A stretch of 64,000 bases of DNA from a bacterium (GCA_037143195.1 JBAWZD010000001.1:208892-272891), one strand, 5' to 3'. Positions 50,820 to 60,243 are shown, counted from the first letter of the stretch. A program made the numbers and translations. Notes: generated from the letters alone by a model not told the origin.

Positions 50820-51770
50820 CTATTCTAACACTATCTTGTACTTTTTTAAAAATATACCTGTTGAAAATCTCTCCTTACTTTTCTTGAGGCCTTCTAATCC
50901 TAGATCTTGCTCAAAATTTAAGTACTGACAACCGTGTTCGATTAATATCCTCGCAGTCTCCTTCATCATATAATCGTAAATTCCGTTATGGGAAAAGTCT
51001 GCTTTAACATAGTGACATATAGCGTTTACATCATCGACTATTTCAGCAAGATGGTACCCAACAATTTGATCGTCAATAAACACCCCTACCGTAACAATAT
51101 TACGGTGCTCAGGAACAGCTAAAAACCTATCGATAGCTATTAATTCGTTACGAACTTCATCGTATGGGTCTTTTTCAGCCTTATAACGCATCCAAGCTAT
51201 GTTAATTTTCTTTATATTAAACTTAGTTTTTTCGTCGTTAATATCCAATATTTCCGCTCTGAGTGTTGGGCAAGTACGCATCAATTTATTCATTGCTGTT
51301 CTTTTACTTGCAAAATGTCCTCCAGAGAAACTGGAGAGTACTTTTAGGTCATAAATATAGTCAAATTGATCTGGCTCCTCAATTTTTTCAAATTTTTCTG
51401 GATCAATTAAATTAGCAACAATTTCTGGGATCAGCTTTAATTCTTTACAGCTCGTATCAAGTGAGCAAACGTAATCCTTAAGCGCCTCTACTGTTTTAGT
51501 TAGTTCATTCTTACCAATCAGAGAATAAAAAGAATCTTCAGTTAGATAGTGCGAAAATCGAACAATTAAATTATTATTTAAATACGAAACAGCCATGTCA
51601 CCACGAACGTCCCATGTCCACATACTTACAAAGTTAAAGTCAGAATACGGTGGGAATTGATGTGTAAAATTCTCGATTTCGTCTTTGTCAGACAATTCGA
51701 GCTTTTTGAATTCTGGGAATTGTGGAATCATAAGGGTTTTGATTAGTAGATGAGAAATCCCCCGACACAT
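50820..51770 (-). CDS. Standalone DUF2156 / LPG_synthase_C-like (MprF C-terminal, tandem-GNAT, aminoacyl-tRNA-dependent transferase fold) protein
   Basis: 316 aa, cytoplasmic. The C-terminal block ...YLNFEQDLGLEGLKKSKERF and the N-terminal FNFVSMWTWDV...LIVRF resemble the MprF synthase-domain consensus. Assignment is by eye and needs an HMM check. Confidence 0.45.
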   Translation of the reverse strand: MCRGISHLLIKTLMIPQFPEFKKLELSDKDEIENFTHQFPPYSDFNFVSMWTWDVRGDMAVSYLNNNLIVRFSHYLTEDSFYSLIGKNELTKTVEALKDYVCSLDTSCKELKLIPEIVANLIDPEKFEKIEEPDQFDYIYDLKVLSSFSGGHFASKRTAMNKLMRTCPTLRAEILDINDEKTKFNIKKINIAWMRYKAEKDPYDEVRNELIAIDRFLAVPEHRNIVTVGVFIDDQIVGYHLAEIVDDVNAICHYVKADFSHNGIYDYMMKETARILIEHGCQYLNFEQDLGLEGLKKSKERFSTGIFLKKYKIVLE

Positions 51771-52657
51771 ACGAGGAGGATACCTAAAACATATTGTAAC
51801 ATGAATACCGGTTTATCGCAAGGGTCTAAGAACTTCGGGAAAAAAACCGTTATAATATAAGCCTCGATGAGGACGAATACGGGCTGAATCGAGCTAATCG
51901 AGAGCACGAGCGCCACTGGAGCGAGCAGTATGGCCGCGTTTGTGGCCATGAGCGCAACGATGTTCATAACCTCGGCAAGACCGGTCAATCCAAGTGAATT
52001 CAGGCTCTTTTTGGTGAGCATGTCTATCGCCTGCTTTCGATATGGCGCAACACCAAAGAAAAGCAGGAAACCAACCATGCCGATACCCAAGTATTGCCAG
52101 AACATCGCCGTCCAAAATGGAATATGCTCACCGACGATTTTGAATAGCGTGTTATAAATCCCAACGAATGTTGTCGCGACGATCATCAGGAGTAACACGT
52201 GTCCATTAAACGATAGTCGCTCACCTTTCTTTTTGATAATGAGCAAAGTACCGACAAGAATCACGAGGACTGCAAGAAATTGCATACCCGTAGGTGATTC
52301 GCTCAGCATGAGATATCCAAACAAAAGCCCCATAATTGGGGCGAATTGAAAGAGCGAAATAACAGTGGCTGTTGATTCGGCTTCAAGTGCCCAAAAATAG
52401 AACAATATGTAGAGTGCTTCAAACATTCCGGAGAGAATGAGCACTCCGACTGATTGCGAATCAAGTGTGATCCCAAGCGCACCTTGTTTGAGAAAGATGC
52501 ATCCAGCAGCAATCAAACTCACGAGCGAGGAAAGAATCAATAGTCCTCCACTACCTCCCTCACCCTCTCCTTGTGAATTCGAAAGGAGGAATTTGTCGAG
52601 GTAATTTGCGACACTCCATGCGAGCGGAGCGAGGAGGGCTAAGAGGAACCAGTTCAT
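51743..52657 (-). CDS. EamA/DMT-superfamily transporter
   Basis: 10 TM segments in two EamA repeats; N-terminus MNWFLLALLAPLAWSVANYLDK. Confidence 0.8.
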   Translation of the reverse strand: MNWFLLALLAPLAWSVANYLDKFLLSNSQGEGEGGSGGLLILSSLVSLIAAGCIFLKQGALGITLDSQSVGVLILSGMFEALYILFYFWALEAESTATVISLFQFAPIMGLLFGYLMLSESPTGMQFLAVLVILVGTLLIIKKKGERLSFNGHVLLLMIVATTFVGIYNTLFKIVGEHIPFWTAMFWQYLGIGMVGFLLFFGVAPYRKQAIDMLTKKSLNSLGLTGLAEVMNIVALMATNAAILLAPVALVLSISSIQPVFVLIEAYIITVFFPKFLDPCDKPVFMLQYVLGILLVCVGGFLIY

Positions 52658-52672
52658 AAGTAATGGATAGTA

Positions 52673-53527
52673 TTAGACGTGCCAAAGCGAACGAAAGAAC
52701 GTTGGTTTTTCATTTAGTGCAGATTCGTCTGTCTCTCCACAAAAACCGAGCACGCCGAAAGTCAGCAAAAAGAGAGCGGTGGTAAAAATAATATCACCAA
52801 GGTCGCCGTTGAAATATGTCGCGAGACTCGTAGTGTACGAAAAGACTGAGTCCGCAACAAACATAACTGCGAGACCAGACAATATTGAGAAAATAGCAAT
52901 GCGATATTCACTCATGATAAAACGGAACGAGAGACCCGAGATTATGACGGCTGCAGTCAAGCTGATGAAATCTCCAAGTGGATATGCGATATCAAAGAAA
53001 TTTTTAAGTGGAGAATCCGAACTCGACAAAAGTACTCCTTGGCGAGCAACCGTGATCAAGAAATAGTACGAGAAAAAGAACATGATGACTGGGGCAATGA
53101 CCATGAAGAGCGAAGCGAACCGTCGGCGAAGTCCGAGGTCTGCACCAGCAGCACGTGCGAGGTACACTGCACCAATACAATAGAAAAACACACTTGGAGC
53201 AAAGCCAAGGTCTGCAAATGATGGGTATGGAGCAGACACACCAGTAAAGAAATTGTAGTAAGACCAAATCAATTCACCACATCCCCAACAGAAAAGTCCT
53301 AATCCAAGAAAGAATACACCACGACTCACATAACCCTTCATGCTCGTCCAATCACGTGCACGAAGCATCGCGACGAGACCACCAAAGAACGGAAGCAATC
53401 CCATGAGAAACGAGAAGAAATAATTTAAGTTACCAAATGTTCGGTGAGTTGCAAAAAGGAAGAACCAAAAAATAATCATTCCGGTCATATACCAAACCGA
53501 GATTCGCTGCGCGTAATTTATTTTCAT
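52673..53527 (-). CDS. Polytopic membrane protein, paralogue B (paired with 49988-50815)
   Basis: See paralogue A: shared PYPSxAD(L/V)GF and YPLG(D/Q) blocks and similar length. Confidence 0.5.
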   Translation of the reverse strand: MKINYAQRISVWYMTGMIIFWFFLFATHRTFGNLNYFFSFLMGLLPFFGGLVAMLRARDWTSMKGYVSRGVFFLGLGLFCWGCGELIWSYYNFFTGVSAPYPSFADLGFAPSVFFYCIGAVYLARAAGADLGLRRRFASLFMVIAPVIMFFFSYYFLITVARQGVLLSSSDSPLKNFFDIAYPLGDFISLTAAVIISGLSFRFIMSEYRIAIFSILSGLAVMFVADSVFSYTTSLATYFNGDLGDIIFTTALFLLTFGVLGFCGETDESALNEKPTFFRSLWHV

Positions 53528-53609
53528 CGCAAATATTGTACCATAAAGTCAACCGATTTCGGAAAGTGAATATCTTTTTCTCTTCATTTTCTCGTGGTAT
53601 TATGCACGC

Positions 53610-54512
53610 ATGCCACAATCAATCATTAATACAAAAGACCCGAAGGTCGCAGACGCGCATATTATCAGTGCTCCGTACGATGCAACTGCATCATTCCACA
53701 AAGGTACAGCCGAAGGTCCAAAGAAAGTCGTCGAATGTCTCAACACGCAGATTGAATTCTGGGACAAGCGATACGGAATCGAGTCAACCGACTATATCAA
53801 AATCGCCCATACTGAAATCCCTGGCCTCGCCAAGATGGCTCCGGATGAAGCACATGCGGCTGTGGTCAAAATGTGTTCTGAGAGTGTTGCTCCGCTCACC
53901 CTTCTTCTCGGTGGCGAACATTCGATGAGTTTTGGTGCACTTAAAGCACTCGCAAAGAAAGAAAATCCAAAGGATGTGACCATTTTCCAGATTGATGCTC
54001 ACTGTGACCTCCGCAAGGACGACAGCGACTACAACGACACTGACCCAACGGAATATGCTCACTCGGCAGTTATGCGTCGCGCACACGAACTTGGATTCAA
54101 TCTCGTACAGGTTGGTATTCGTGCCTACTCAAAAGAAGAGTCTGACTATTTTTCCTCGTTCAAAAATATCAAAACGTTTGAGTGGAATGGTGAAAAAATT
54201 CCAAGTATTGCTAAAGTTGTCGCCGCTATCAAGACAAAGAAAGTGTACATCTCAATCGACGTTGATGGTATTGATCCGGCCTTCATGCCAGGTACCGGAA
54301 CTCCGGTCCAAGGTGGTCTTGAGTGGTGGTACACATTAAAGCTCCTCGAAAAAGTCATCGAAAAGAAAACACTTGTCGGTGCCGATGTTGTCGAAGTCTC
54401 CCCTGTCCCAGACAACGTGCTCACCGAATACGGCGCAGCGCAAATCGTGTACAACATGATAAACACCTTCTACAAGAAACGCCTTCTCGCAGCGAAAAAG
54501 AATTTAAAGTAG
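53610..54512 (+). CDS. speB: Agmatinase (ureohydrolase/arginase family)
   Basis: Mn-binding motifs GGEHSMSFGAL, IDAHCDLR and SIDVDGIDPAFMPGTGTP. Confidence 0.85.
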   Translation: MPQSIINTKDPKVADAHIISAPYDATASFHKGTAEGPKKVVECLNTQIEFWDKRYGIESTDYIKIAHTEIPGLAKMAPDEAHAAVVKMCSESVAPLTLLLGGEHSMSFGALKALAKKENPKDVTIFQIDAHCDLRKDDSDYNDTDPTEYAHSAVMRRAHELGFNLVQVGIRAYSKEESDYFSSFKNIKTFEWNGEKIPSIAKVVAAIKTKKVYISIDVDGIDPAFMPGTGTPVQGGLEWWYTLKLLEKVIEKKTLVGADVVEVSPVPDNVLTEYGAAQIVYNMINTFYKKRLLAAKKNLK

Positions 54513-54535
54513 AAAACGTTTACAGAAGCACGGCA

Positions 54536-54656
54536 GGCAGAAAAGTAAAAAACACCTCAAGAAAGGACTCGCGGAGCGCGACGGCGCGAGCGTGAGGCGA
54601 AATTTCTTCAGAAATTTACGCCGGTCCTTTCGGAGGTGTTTTTTTACTTTTCTGCC
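54536..54656. repeat. Structured intergenic repeat element, copy 1 (~120-nt extended hairpin with a conserved GC-rich core)
   Basis: Core aaaggactcgcggagcgcgacggcgcgagcgtgaggcgaaa is identical to 58706-58747. Outer stem is ggcagaaaagtaaaaaacacctc / gaggtgtttttttacttttctgcc. Inner stem is gaaaggac / gtcctttc. Small hairpin is aaatttc-ttca-gaaattt. Confidence 0.6.
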
Positions 54657-54668
54657 TCTTTTTTTCTG

Positions 54669-55688
54669 TTATGCGTACTGCTTAATGAGCGCATTTGCTG
54701 CTTCAGGGTTTGCCTTCGCTTCAAGAAGTGCGGTAAGCATGAGCGGAGCGACGATAGTCGCGTCTGATTCAACCACGAACATTGGAGTGTCTTTGGTGAG
54801 CTTGTCCCATGTGATCTTCTCGTTTGGAGTAGCACCTGAATATGATCCGTATGAAGTTGTCGAATCTGAAATCTGACAGAAGTAAGCCCATGGCTTCACA
54901 TCCTTGACTTCAACGTCGTATTTGAGCGATGGCACGACGCAGATTGGGAAATCTCCAGCAATACCTCCTCCAATTTGGAAGAATCCAACACCAGCACCTT
55001 CGGACATTTTCTGATACTGCTCATAAAATGCAGCCATGTACTCAACACCACTCTTTACGATTGAAGCTGAACAGTCATTGTGATACACGTGACCCGCAAA
55101 AATGTTTCCGAATGTTGAGTCTTCATATCCTGGAACAACAATTGGAATATTTGCCTGCGCTGCTGCGAGCAACCAACATTCATTCACGTCACCTTGGTAA
55201 TCCTTTGGATCAACTTGCTGAATGAGCTCGTAGAAATATTCGTGCCAGAAGCGACGAGTTTTGTCTTCGGTAGCTTTGATCCATGTAGGCACAATCTGTT
55301 TTTCAACGACGCGGAATGCTTCGTCTTCTGGAATCGAAGTATCAGTCACACGACGCATGCGATTTTCAAGGATCTTTGTGTCGTCCTCTTTTGTAAAGTA
55401 GCGATAATCAGGAAAATCTTTGTAATGATCGTGTGCAACGAGACGGAAGAGTGATTCCTCAAGGTTTGCACCAGTGACAGACATTCCCGAAATGAGCCCA
55501 GCGCGGATGGCTGGAGCAAGCACAATACCAAGCTGAGCAGAACTCATCGCTCCCGCAACAGCCCAGAACATCTTTCCACCTTTCTGTGTGTGCTCCCAAT
55601 ATGAGAGAGTGGCATCACGAAGTGCTCGTGAATTGAAGTTCTTGTAATTCTTCAAAATAAATTCAAATGTTGGAAGATTGTTATTCAT
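54669..55688 (-). CDS. Deoxyhypusine synthase-family protein (DHS-like; possibly homospermidine-synthase-type)
   Basis: 339 aa. NAD-binding Rossmann-like blocks AVAGAMSSAQLGIVLAPAIRAGLISGMSVTGANLEESLF resemble the DHS ...TTaGGiEEDlik region. Sits between speB and speA. Confidence 0.65.
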   Translation of the reverse strand: MNNNLPTFEFILKNYKNFNSRALRDATLSYWEHTQKGGKMFWAVAGAMSSAQLGIVLAPAIRAGLISGMSVTGANLEESLFRLVAHDHYKDFPDYRYFTKEDDTKILENRMRRVTDTSIPEDEAFRVVEKQIVPTWIKATEDKTRRFWHEYFYELIQQVDPKDYQGDVNECWLLAAAQANIPIVVPGYEDSTFGNIFAGHVYHNDCSASIVKSGVEYMAAFYEQYQKMSEGAGVGFFQIGGGIAGDFPICVVPSLKYDVEVKDVKPWAYFCQISDSTTSYGSYSGATPNEKITWDKLTKDTPMFVVESDATIVAPLMLTALLEAKANPEAANALIKQYA

Positions 55689-55713
55689 AGGAATGAGTAT
55701 ATCAAATTATAAT

Positions 55714-57087
55714 TTACCAACCGAACTTTTGTCCGACATCCTCTGGACTTTCACGTTTGCGAGCGACAACAATGTGTCCGTTCTCAGCAATGATCTTCAG
55801 TGGCGCAGACAAGAGACAGTGCTTCATTGAGAGCGATGCTTGGTAACCTCCGGTATCGAATATTACGATATACATTGGATCCTGCGTATCAAAATCATAG
55901 TCAGGCAACGTCACTGAGCCATTGATGCCTTTGTATGTATCGTCAGAATCACATGTCGAACCTGCGAGCCAGACTTCATTCAGGTTCTTGTCATTTTTGT
56001 TGTTGGCTGGTGCCATGGCCCATTTTTGACCAATCGCCCACGTGTCACACAGATCGTTCATAAAGCTTCCATCAATAACATACCATTTCTTTCCCTCAGC
56101 TTTTTTGTCGTAAATCTTTTTTGTATCACTCACTTTGTAGACCGTAATCTGGGCTGGGTACACCATGTAACTTCCCCACTCGCAAATAAGGTTTGGGTGC
56201 GGAACACCACGCTTATCGGCTTCGCTCTTCAAAAGTTCAAAGATTTTTTCCATGAGTTTTTCGATAGAGTACGTCTTGGTTCGAGTGAAAGGAATCGGCA
56301 TTCCTCCTCCGATATCGAGCGTGTCGAGCGATGGGTTTTTTTCCTTCAACTTGAAGTATACGTTCAACGCGTACTTGATTGGCGGAAGCATGTCATTGAT
56401 CGTCTCGATTTGTCCACCAATGTGGTAGTGCAAAATTTTCAAGTTTTTAAACTTGTCCATCGCGAGAATTTCTTCTGCTGGAAATCCAAATCGGTCGATA
56501 GGCTTATTCCAACGTGAATTGACCTTCACCTTCATAGCAAGACGAATACCCACGTCGTAGCGTGAGTGTTGCAATACTTTGAGCTCGTTTGGTCCTTCAA
56601 TAAGCGGAAAGACTTTTGTACCCTTGTGCTGAAGCTCGTCGATGAGATTGAGATATTTGTCTGTCTTCGGACCGTTACAAAGAATGCGGATGTTTGGGTT
56701 GAATGTTTCCGCATCAAGCATCTTTTTGATGAGATAGAGGTCGTTGTACGATGAAGTCTCAAGATGAGCACCGTCACCAACAAGGGCCATGATGACCTCC
56801 TTGTTTTGGTTCACCTTCATCGGGTAGTGATAAAAGAACTTTCCGTGATAGCCGATCTTTTTGGCGAGTTCCTTGTTTAAGTCGAGAAAATCCTCGAGAC
56901 GTTCCTCAATTACAAACGGCATGAGAATCTGGAGCGGAGTGCCCATCTTCTCTGCAAGATAGCGAACATTATAAATGTTGTGTCCCTCTTTGATAATAAG
57001 GTCACCGTCTTTGTTGAAGTCGAAATACTGGGTGTTGTATTCCTTCATGCCGATTTTCCAAAGTTTTTTGGATGAGGTTGGTTTCAT
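55714..57087 (-). CDS. speA: Fold-III PLP-dependent decarboxylase, SpeA-like biosynthetic arginine decarboxylase (short form)
   Basis: PLP-Lys motif YPMKVNQNKEVIMALVGDGAHLETSSYNDL matches the SpeA consensus YP(I/V)KVNQ...GLEAGSK.EL. Also has a GGG motif DIGGGMPIPF and a C-terminal GSTCDSDD. Confidence 0.75.
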   Translation of the reverse strand: MKPTSSKKLWKIGMKEYNTQYFDFNKDGDLIIKEGHNIYNVRYLAEKMGTPLQILMPFVIEERLEDFLDLNKELAKKIGYHGKFFYHYPMKVNQNKEVIMALVGDGAHLETSSYNDLYLIKKMLDAETFNPNIRILCNGPKTDKYLNLIDELQHKGTKVFPLIEGPNELKVLQHSRYDVGIRLAMKVKVNSRWNKPIDRFGFPAEEILAMDKFKNLKILHYHIGGQIETINDMLPPIKYALNVYFKLKEKNPSLDTLDIGGGMPIPFTRTKTYSIEKLMEKIFELLKSEADKRGVPHPNLICEWGSYMVYPAQITVYKVSDTKKIYDKKAEGKKWYVIDGSFMNDLCDTWAIGQKWAMAPANNKNDKNLNEVWLAGSTCDSDDTYKGINGSVTLPDYDFDTQDPMYIVIFDTGGYQASLSMKHCLLSAPLKIIAENGHIVVARKRESPEDVGQKFGW

Positions 57088-57252
57088 TTCTCGTTAAATA
57101 TAGATATGGAGGTCTCTTTTTGCTTATTTTTTTAATGCGCAAATAATAGCATCTACGTCGAGAATGTAAATAGGTCAACCCGAGTTATCCACATTTTTGA
57201 ATTTGTTTACCTTGCATGGTTGCGATGGTTTACTTGAGCAAAACCAATTCTT

Positions 57253-57642
57253 ATGTGCAAAAATAATCACGAAAGTCCGAAAGATCTTGATTTTGTTTAC
57301 TGCCCTAAGTGCAACCAAGAACGCAGGGGCAAAATAAATTCAGATTACATTTTTCATTGTTCACGTTGCCAGCATTCATGGGCAACGCGAAACAATAAAC
57401 CAATTGCCTCCCGGGTTGAAATTAAGGAAGGAAAGCTAGCTGTATTCTATTTCGAAGATACTTTAAATGAGGACTACTCATTTTCTTCACGCCGGAAATT
57501 TCCGGCAAAAAAAGCATTGTTTATCAATAAATATGGGGTGATTGTCAAAATCGACAATCACCCTACATTTTTTATAGTCCCTCTTCTTGAAGCAACTCCA
57601 CAGCCTCCTTCGCCTTGCGGGAAAGTTTGGTTGGAATTTTGA
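57253..57642 (+). CDS. Hypothetical zinc-ribbon protein
   Basis: Two CxxC pairs (CPKC...CSRC) near the N-terminus. The 3' 70 bp overlap the dnaJ 3' end convergently, so the C-terminus is uncertain. Confidence 0.35.
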   Translation: MCKNNHESPKDLDFVYCPKCNQERRGKINSDYIFHCSRCQHSWATRNNKPIASRVEIKEGKLAVFYFEDTLNEDYSFSSRRKFPAKKALFINKYGVIVKIDNHPTFFIVPLLEATPQPPSPCGKVWLEF

Positions 57643-58657
57643 CGGTGACTTTGATCATGAGATCACCACGGCGACTTTTACCAGCGGGTACGCCACGCTC
57701 CTTGACGCGAAGCTGAGTGCCACTTGCGATGCCTTCCGGTATCTTGATCGTTACCGAGCCATCAAGTGTCTCTACGAAGCGCTCAGCCCCGAGAATAGCC
57801 TCTGAGAGCTTCACGTCCATGTCCATGAGCAAGTTGATACGATCACGGCGGAATGTTGGGTGCGACTGCACGTTAATCTTCACGTACAAATCTCCGGTTG
57901 CACCTTTGCGTACCGCTTCACCCATACCGGTGAGACGAATCATTTCCCCTGGTTCGATTCCTGCTGGAACGCGAATTTCAATTTCTTCTTCTTTTCGATG
58001 TACGCCAGCGCCTTTGCATGTCGAACACATTTCTTGTGGCACGGTACCTGCTCCAGCACACACGTCACACACGCGAGTGGTCGTGACTGGTCCGAGTATT
58101 GAACGACGAGTCTCGCGAACTTGACCCTTTCCGTTACACTGCGAACAACTCACCGATTTACTTCCCTGTTTTGCTCCCGAACCTTCACACGTGTCACATG
58201 TCGAGACTTTTGTAATCAAAATTTTGCGCACGGTTCCAAAAATACTGTCAGCGAATGGGATTGTAATTTCAGTCGAGATATCGCGACCACGTCGAGGTTG
58301 ATTGCCCCCGCGTCCTCCACCAAAAAACTCACCGAAGATATCGCCGAGGTCACCCATGTCGAAACCTTGTCCGTTTTGGAATCCTGAAAAATCAAATCCT
58401 TCAAACCCACCTTGATTAAATCCACCTTGTCCGCCGAATCCTTGTGGTCCTTCTGATCCAAATCGGTCGTATTGAGCGCGCTTTCCGTCGTCTGAAAGTG
58501 TTTGATATGCTTCGTTTACTTCTTTGAATTTCGAATCATCGCCCTTGTTCTTGTCAGGGTGATATTTATGAGCAAGCTTGTGAAAAGCCTTTTTGATTTC
58601 GTCTTTTGAGGCCTCTTTCGAGACGCCGAGAATGTTGTAAAAATCTTTGTTTGCCAT
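57572..58657 (-). CDS. dnaJ: Molecular chaperone DnaJ
   Basis: J-domain [33 protein letters not shown], a G/F-rich region and four CxxCxGxG zinc-finger repeats. Confidence 0.95.
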   Translation of the reverse strand: MANKDFYNILGVSKEASKDEIKKAFHKLAHKYHPDKNKGDDSKFKEVNEAYQTLSDDGKRAQYDRFGSEGPQGFGGQGGFNQGGFEGFDFSGFQNGQGFDMGDLGDIFGEFFGGGRGGNQPRRGRDISTEITIPFADSIFGTVRKILITKVSTCDTCEGSGAKQGSKSVSCSQCNGKGQVRETRRSILGPVTTTRVCDVCAGAGTVPQEMCSTCKGAGVHRKEEEIEIRVPAGIEPGEMIRLTGMGEAVRKGATGDLYVKINVQSHPTFRRDRINLLMDMDVKLSEAILGAERFVETLDGSVTIKIPEGIASGTQLRVKERGVPAGKSRRGDLMIKVTVKIPTKLSRKAKEAVELLQEEGL

Positions 58658-58684
58658 AATTTTGCCACTATACTACAAGCGGGT

Positions 58685-58808
58685 GTCAGCTAGCAAGAAA
58701 ACGTACTCGGGAAAGGACTCGCGGAGCGCGACGGCGCGAGCGTGAGGCGAAAATCCTTCAGGATTTTACGCTGGTCCTTTCATGAGTACGATTTTCTGGC
58801 TAGCTGAC
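58685..58808. repeat. Structured intergenic repeat element, copy 2 (overlaps the gatB stop codon)
   Basis: Same conserved core as copy 1. Outer stem gtcagctagcaag...cgtactc / gagtacg...ctggctagctgac. Small hairpin aaaatcc-ttca-ggatttt shows two compensatory base-pair changes relative to copy 1. Confidence 0.6.
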
Positions 58809-60230
58809 AAGCTCTTTTATTAATTTTAAGGCGATTGCAGGGTTTGCGCTTCCTTTAGTTTCTTTCATCATTTGACCAACGAGACTCATGATTGCGGCTT
58901 CTTTACCAGCCTTGTAGTCTGCAACGACTTTTGGATTTGCTTCGATTATTTTTTGAGCGATAGCCTTGAGTGCTCCCTCGTCATTTTTTTGAATGAGGCC
59001 GTGCTGTTCGGCGAGCGCATTCGGCGAGCCGTCTACTTTGACAATCATCGCGAGAATATCTTTTGCCGCACGTGATGATACTTTGCCTTCAGTCACAAGA
59101 CCGACAAGTTCGGCAAAATTCTGTGGTGATGGTTTTTTTGCATCAGTATCGTTTTTGAGGATACCCAACAAATCCGACGTCGTGTAGTTTGATGCGATTT
59201 TTATTTTCTCAGAATCATTGAGTGCTTTTATGACTTCTTCAAACCAAACAGCAAGTTCAAAATCGTTTACATATCGCTCGATATCTTCATCTTTGATTCC
59301 ATAATCCTTTTTATATCGCGCGCGCTTTGCGACAGGAAGCTCTGGAAGGGCGTTCTTGAGCGCATTCATATCGAAGATTTCTGACAATTTTAATTTTGGA
59401 ATATCTGGGTCTGGGAAATATCGATAATCAGCTGCGGTTTCTTTTGCGCGCTGGCTGAATGTACTACCCTTCATTTCGTCCCAACCACGAGTCTCTTGTA
59501 CGATCTCGCCTTGTCGTCCCTCTTCGTACAAATCACGCATGCGATTGAGTTCATAACGGATAGCGCGCTCAACACTCTTGAATGAGTTCAAGTTCTTCAC
59601 TTCAACTTTTGTGCCCCACACTTTTTGATCAGGAGAAATCGAAATGTTTGCTTCGACACGCATCTCACCTTTTTCCATGTTTGCATACGACGCACCGAGG
59701 TACTGCAACAGGAGCTGATATTCGCGACCAAAATCTCCACCAGTTTTCGCAGCAGTTTCGATATCGTCGAATGTTTGCGCATCAGTCACAAGCTCCATAA
59801 GTGGCACTCCTCCACGATTAAAATCAATCAATGAGAAGTCTCCACGATCATGCTTGCTCGTCGCCGTATCTTCTTCAAGGTGAATACGTGTCACTTTCAT
59901 GTTGGCCAAACTTCCACCAGACACGATTGGGTATTTGTACTGAGAAATTTGGTAGCCTTTTGGAATATCGGGATAGAAATAGTTTTTGCGATCAAATTCA
60001 GTAAAGTCTGCAATTGTTCCGTCGATTGAAAGGCCGACGCGAATGACTTGTTCAATAGCGCGTTTGTTTGGCACCGGAATAGCTCCTGGATGCGCCATAC
60101 AGATAGGACAAATATTCACATTCGGCTTGGTCTCATCAGGATCGTTCTTACAACCACAAAACATTTTTGAGTTTGTGCGGAGTTCGGCGTGAATTTCGAG
60201 ACCAATGGTTGGATAGTAGTGTTTTTCCAT
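58800..60230 (-). CDS. gatB: Asp-tRNA(Asn)/Glu-tRNA(Gln) amidotransferase subunit B
   Basis: MEKHYYPTIGLEIHAELRTNSKMFCGCKN is the canonical GatB N-terminus. Has a C-terminal YqeY-like tail. Start set at MEKHYY (60230). Confidence 0.93.
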   Translation of the reverse strand: MEKHYYPTIGLEIHAELRTNSKMFCGCKNDPDETKPNVNICPICMAHPGAIPVPNKRAIEQVIRVGLSIDGTIADFTEFDRKNYFYPDIPKGYQISQYKYPIVSGGSLANMKVTRIHLEEDTATSKHDRGDFSLIDFNRGGVPLMELVTDAQTFDDIETAAKTGGDFGREYQLLLQYLGASYANMEKGEMRVEANISISPDQKVWGTKVEVKNLNSFKSVERAIRYELNRMRDLYEEGRQGEIVQETRGWDEMKGSTFSQRAKETAADYRYFPDPDIPKLKLSEIFDMNALKNALPELPVAKRARYKKDYGIKDEDIERYVNDFELAVWFEEVIKALNDSEKIKIASNYTTSDLLGILKNDTDAKKPSPQNFAELVGLVTEGKVSSRAAKDILAMIVKVDGSPNALAEQHGLIQKNDEGALKAIAQKIIEANPKVVADYKAGKEAAIMSLVGQMMKETKGSANPAIALKLIKELVS

Positions 60231-60243
60231 AAATAATGTTGTT

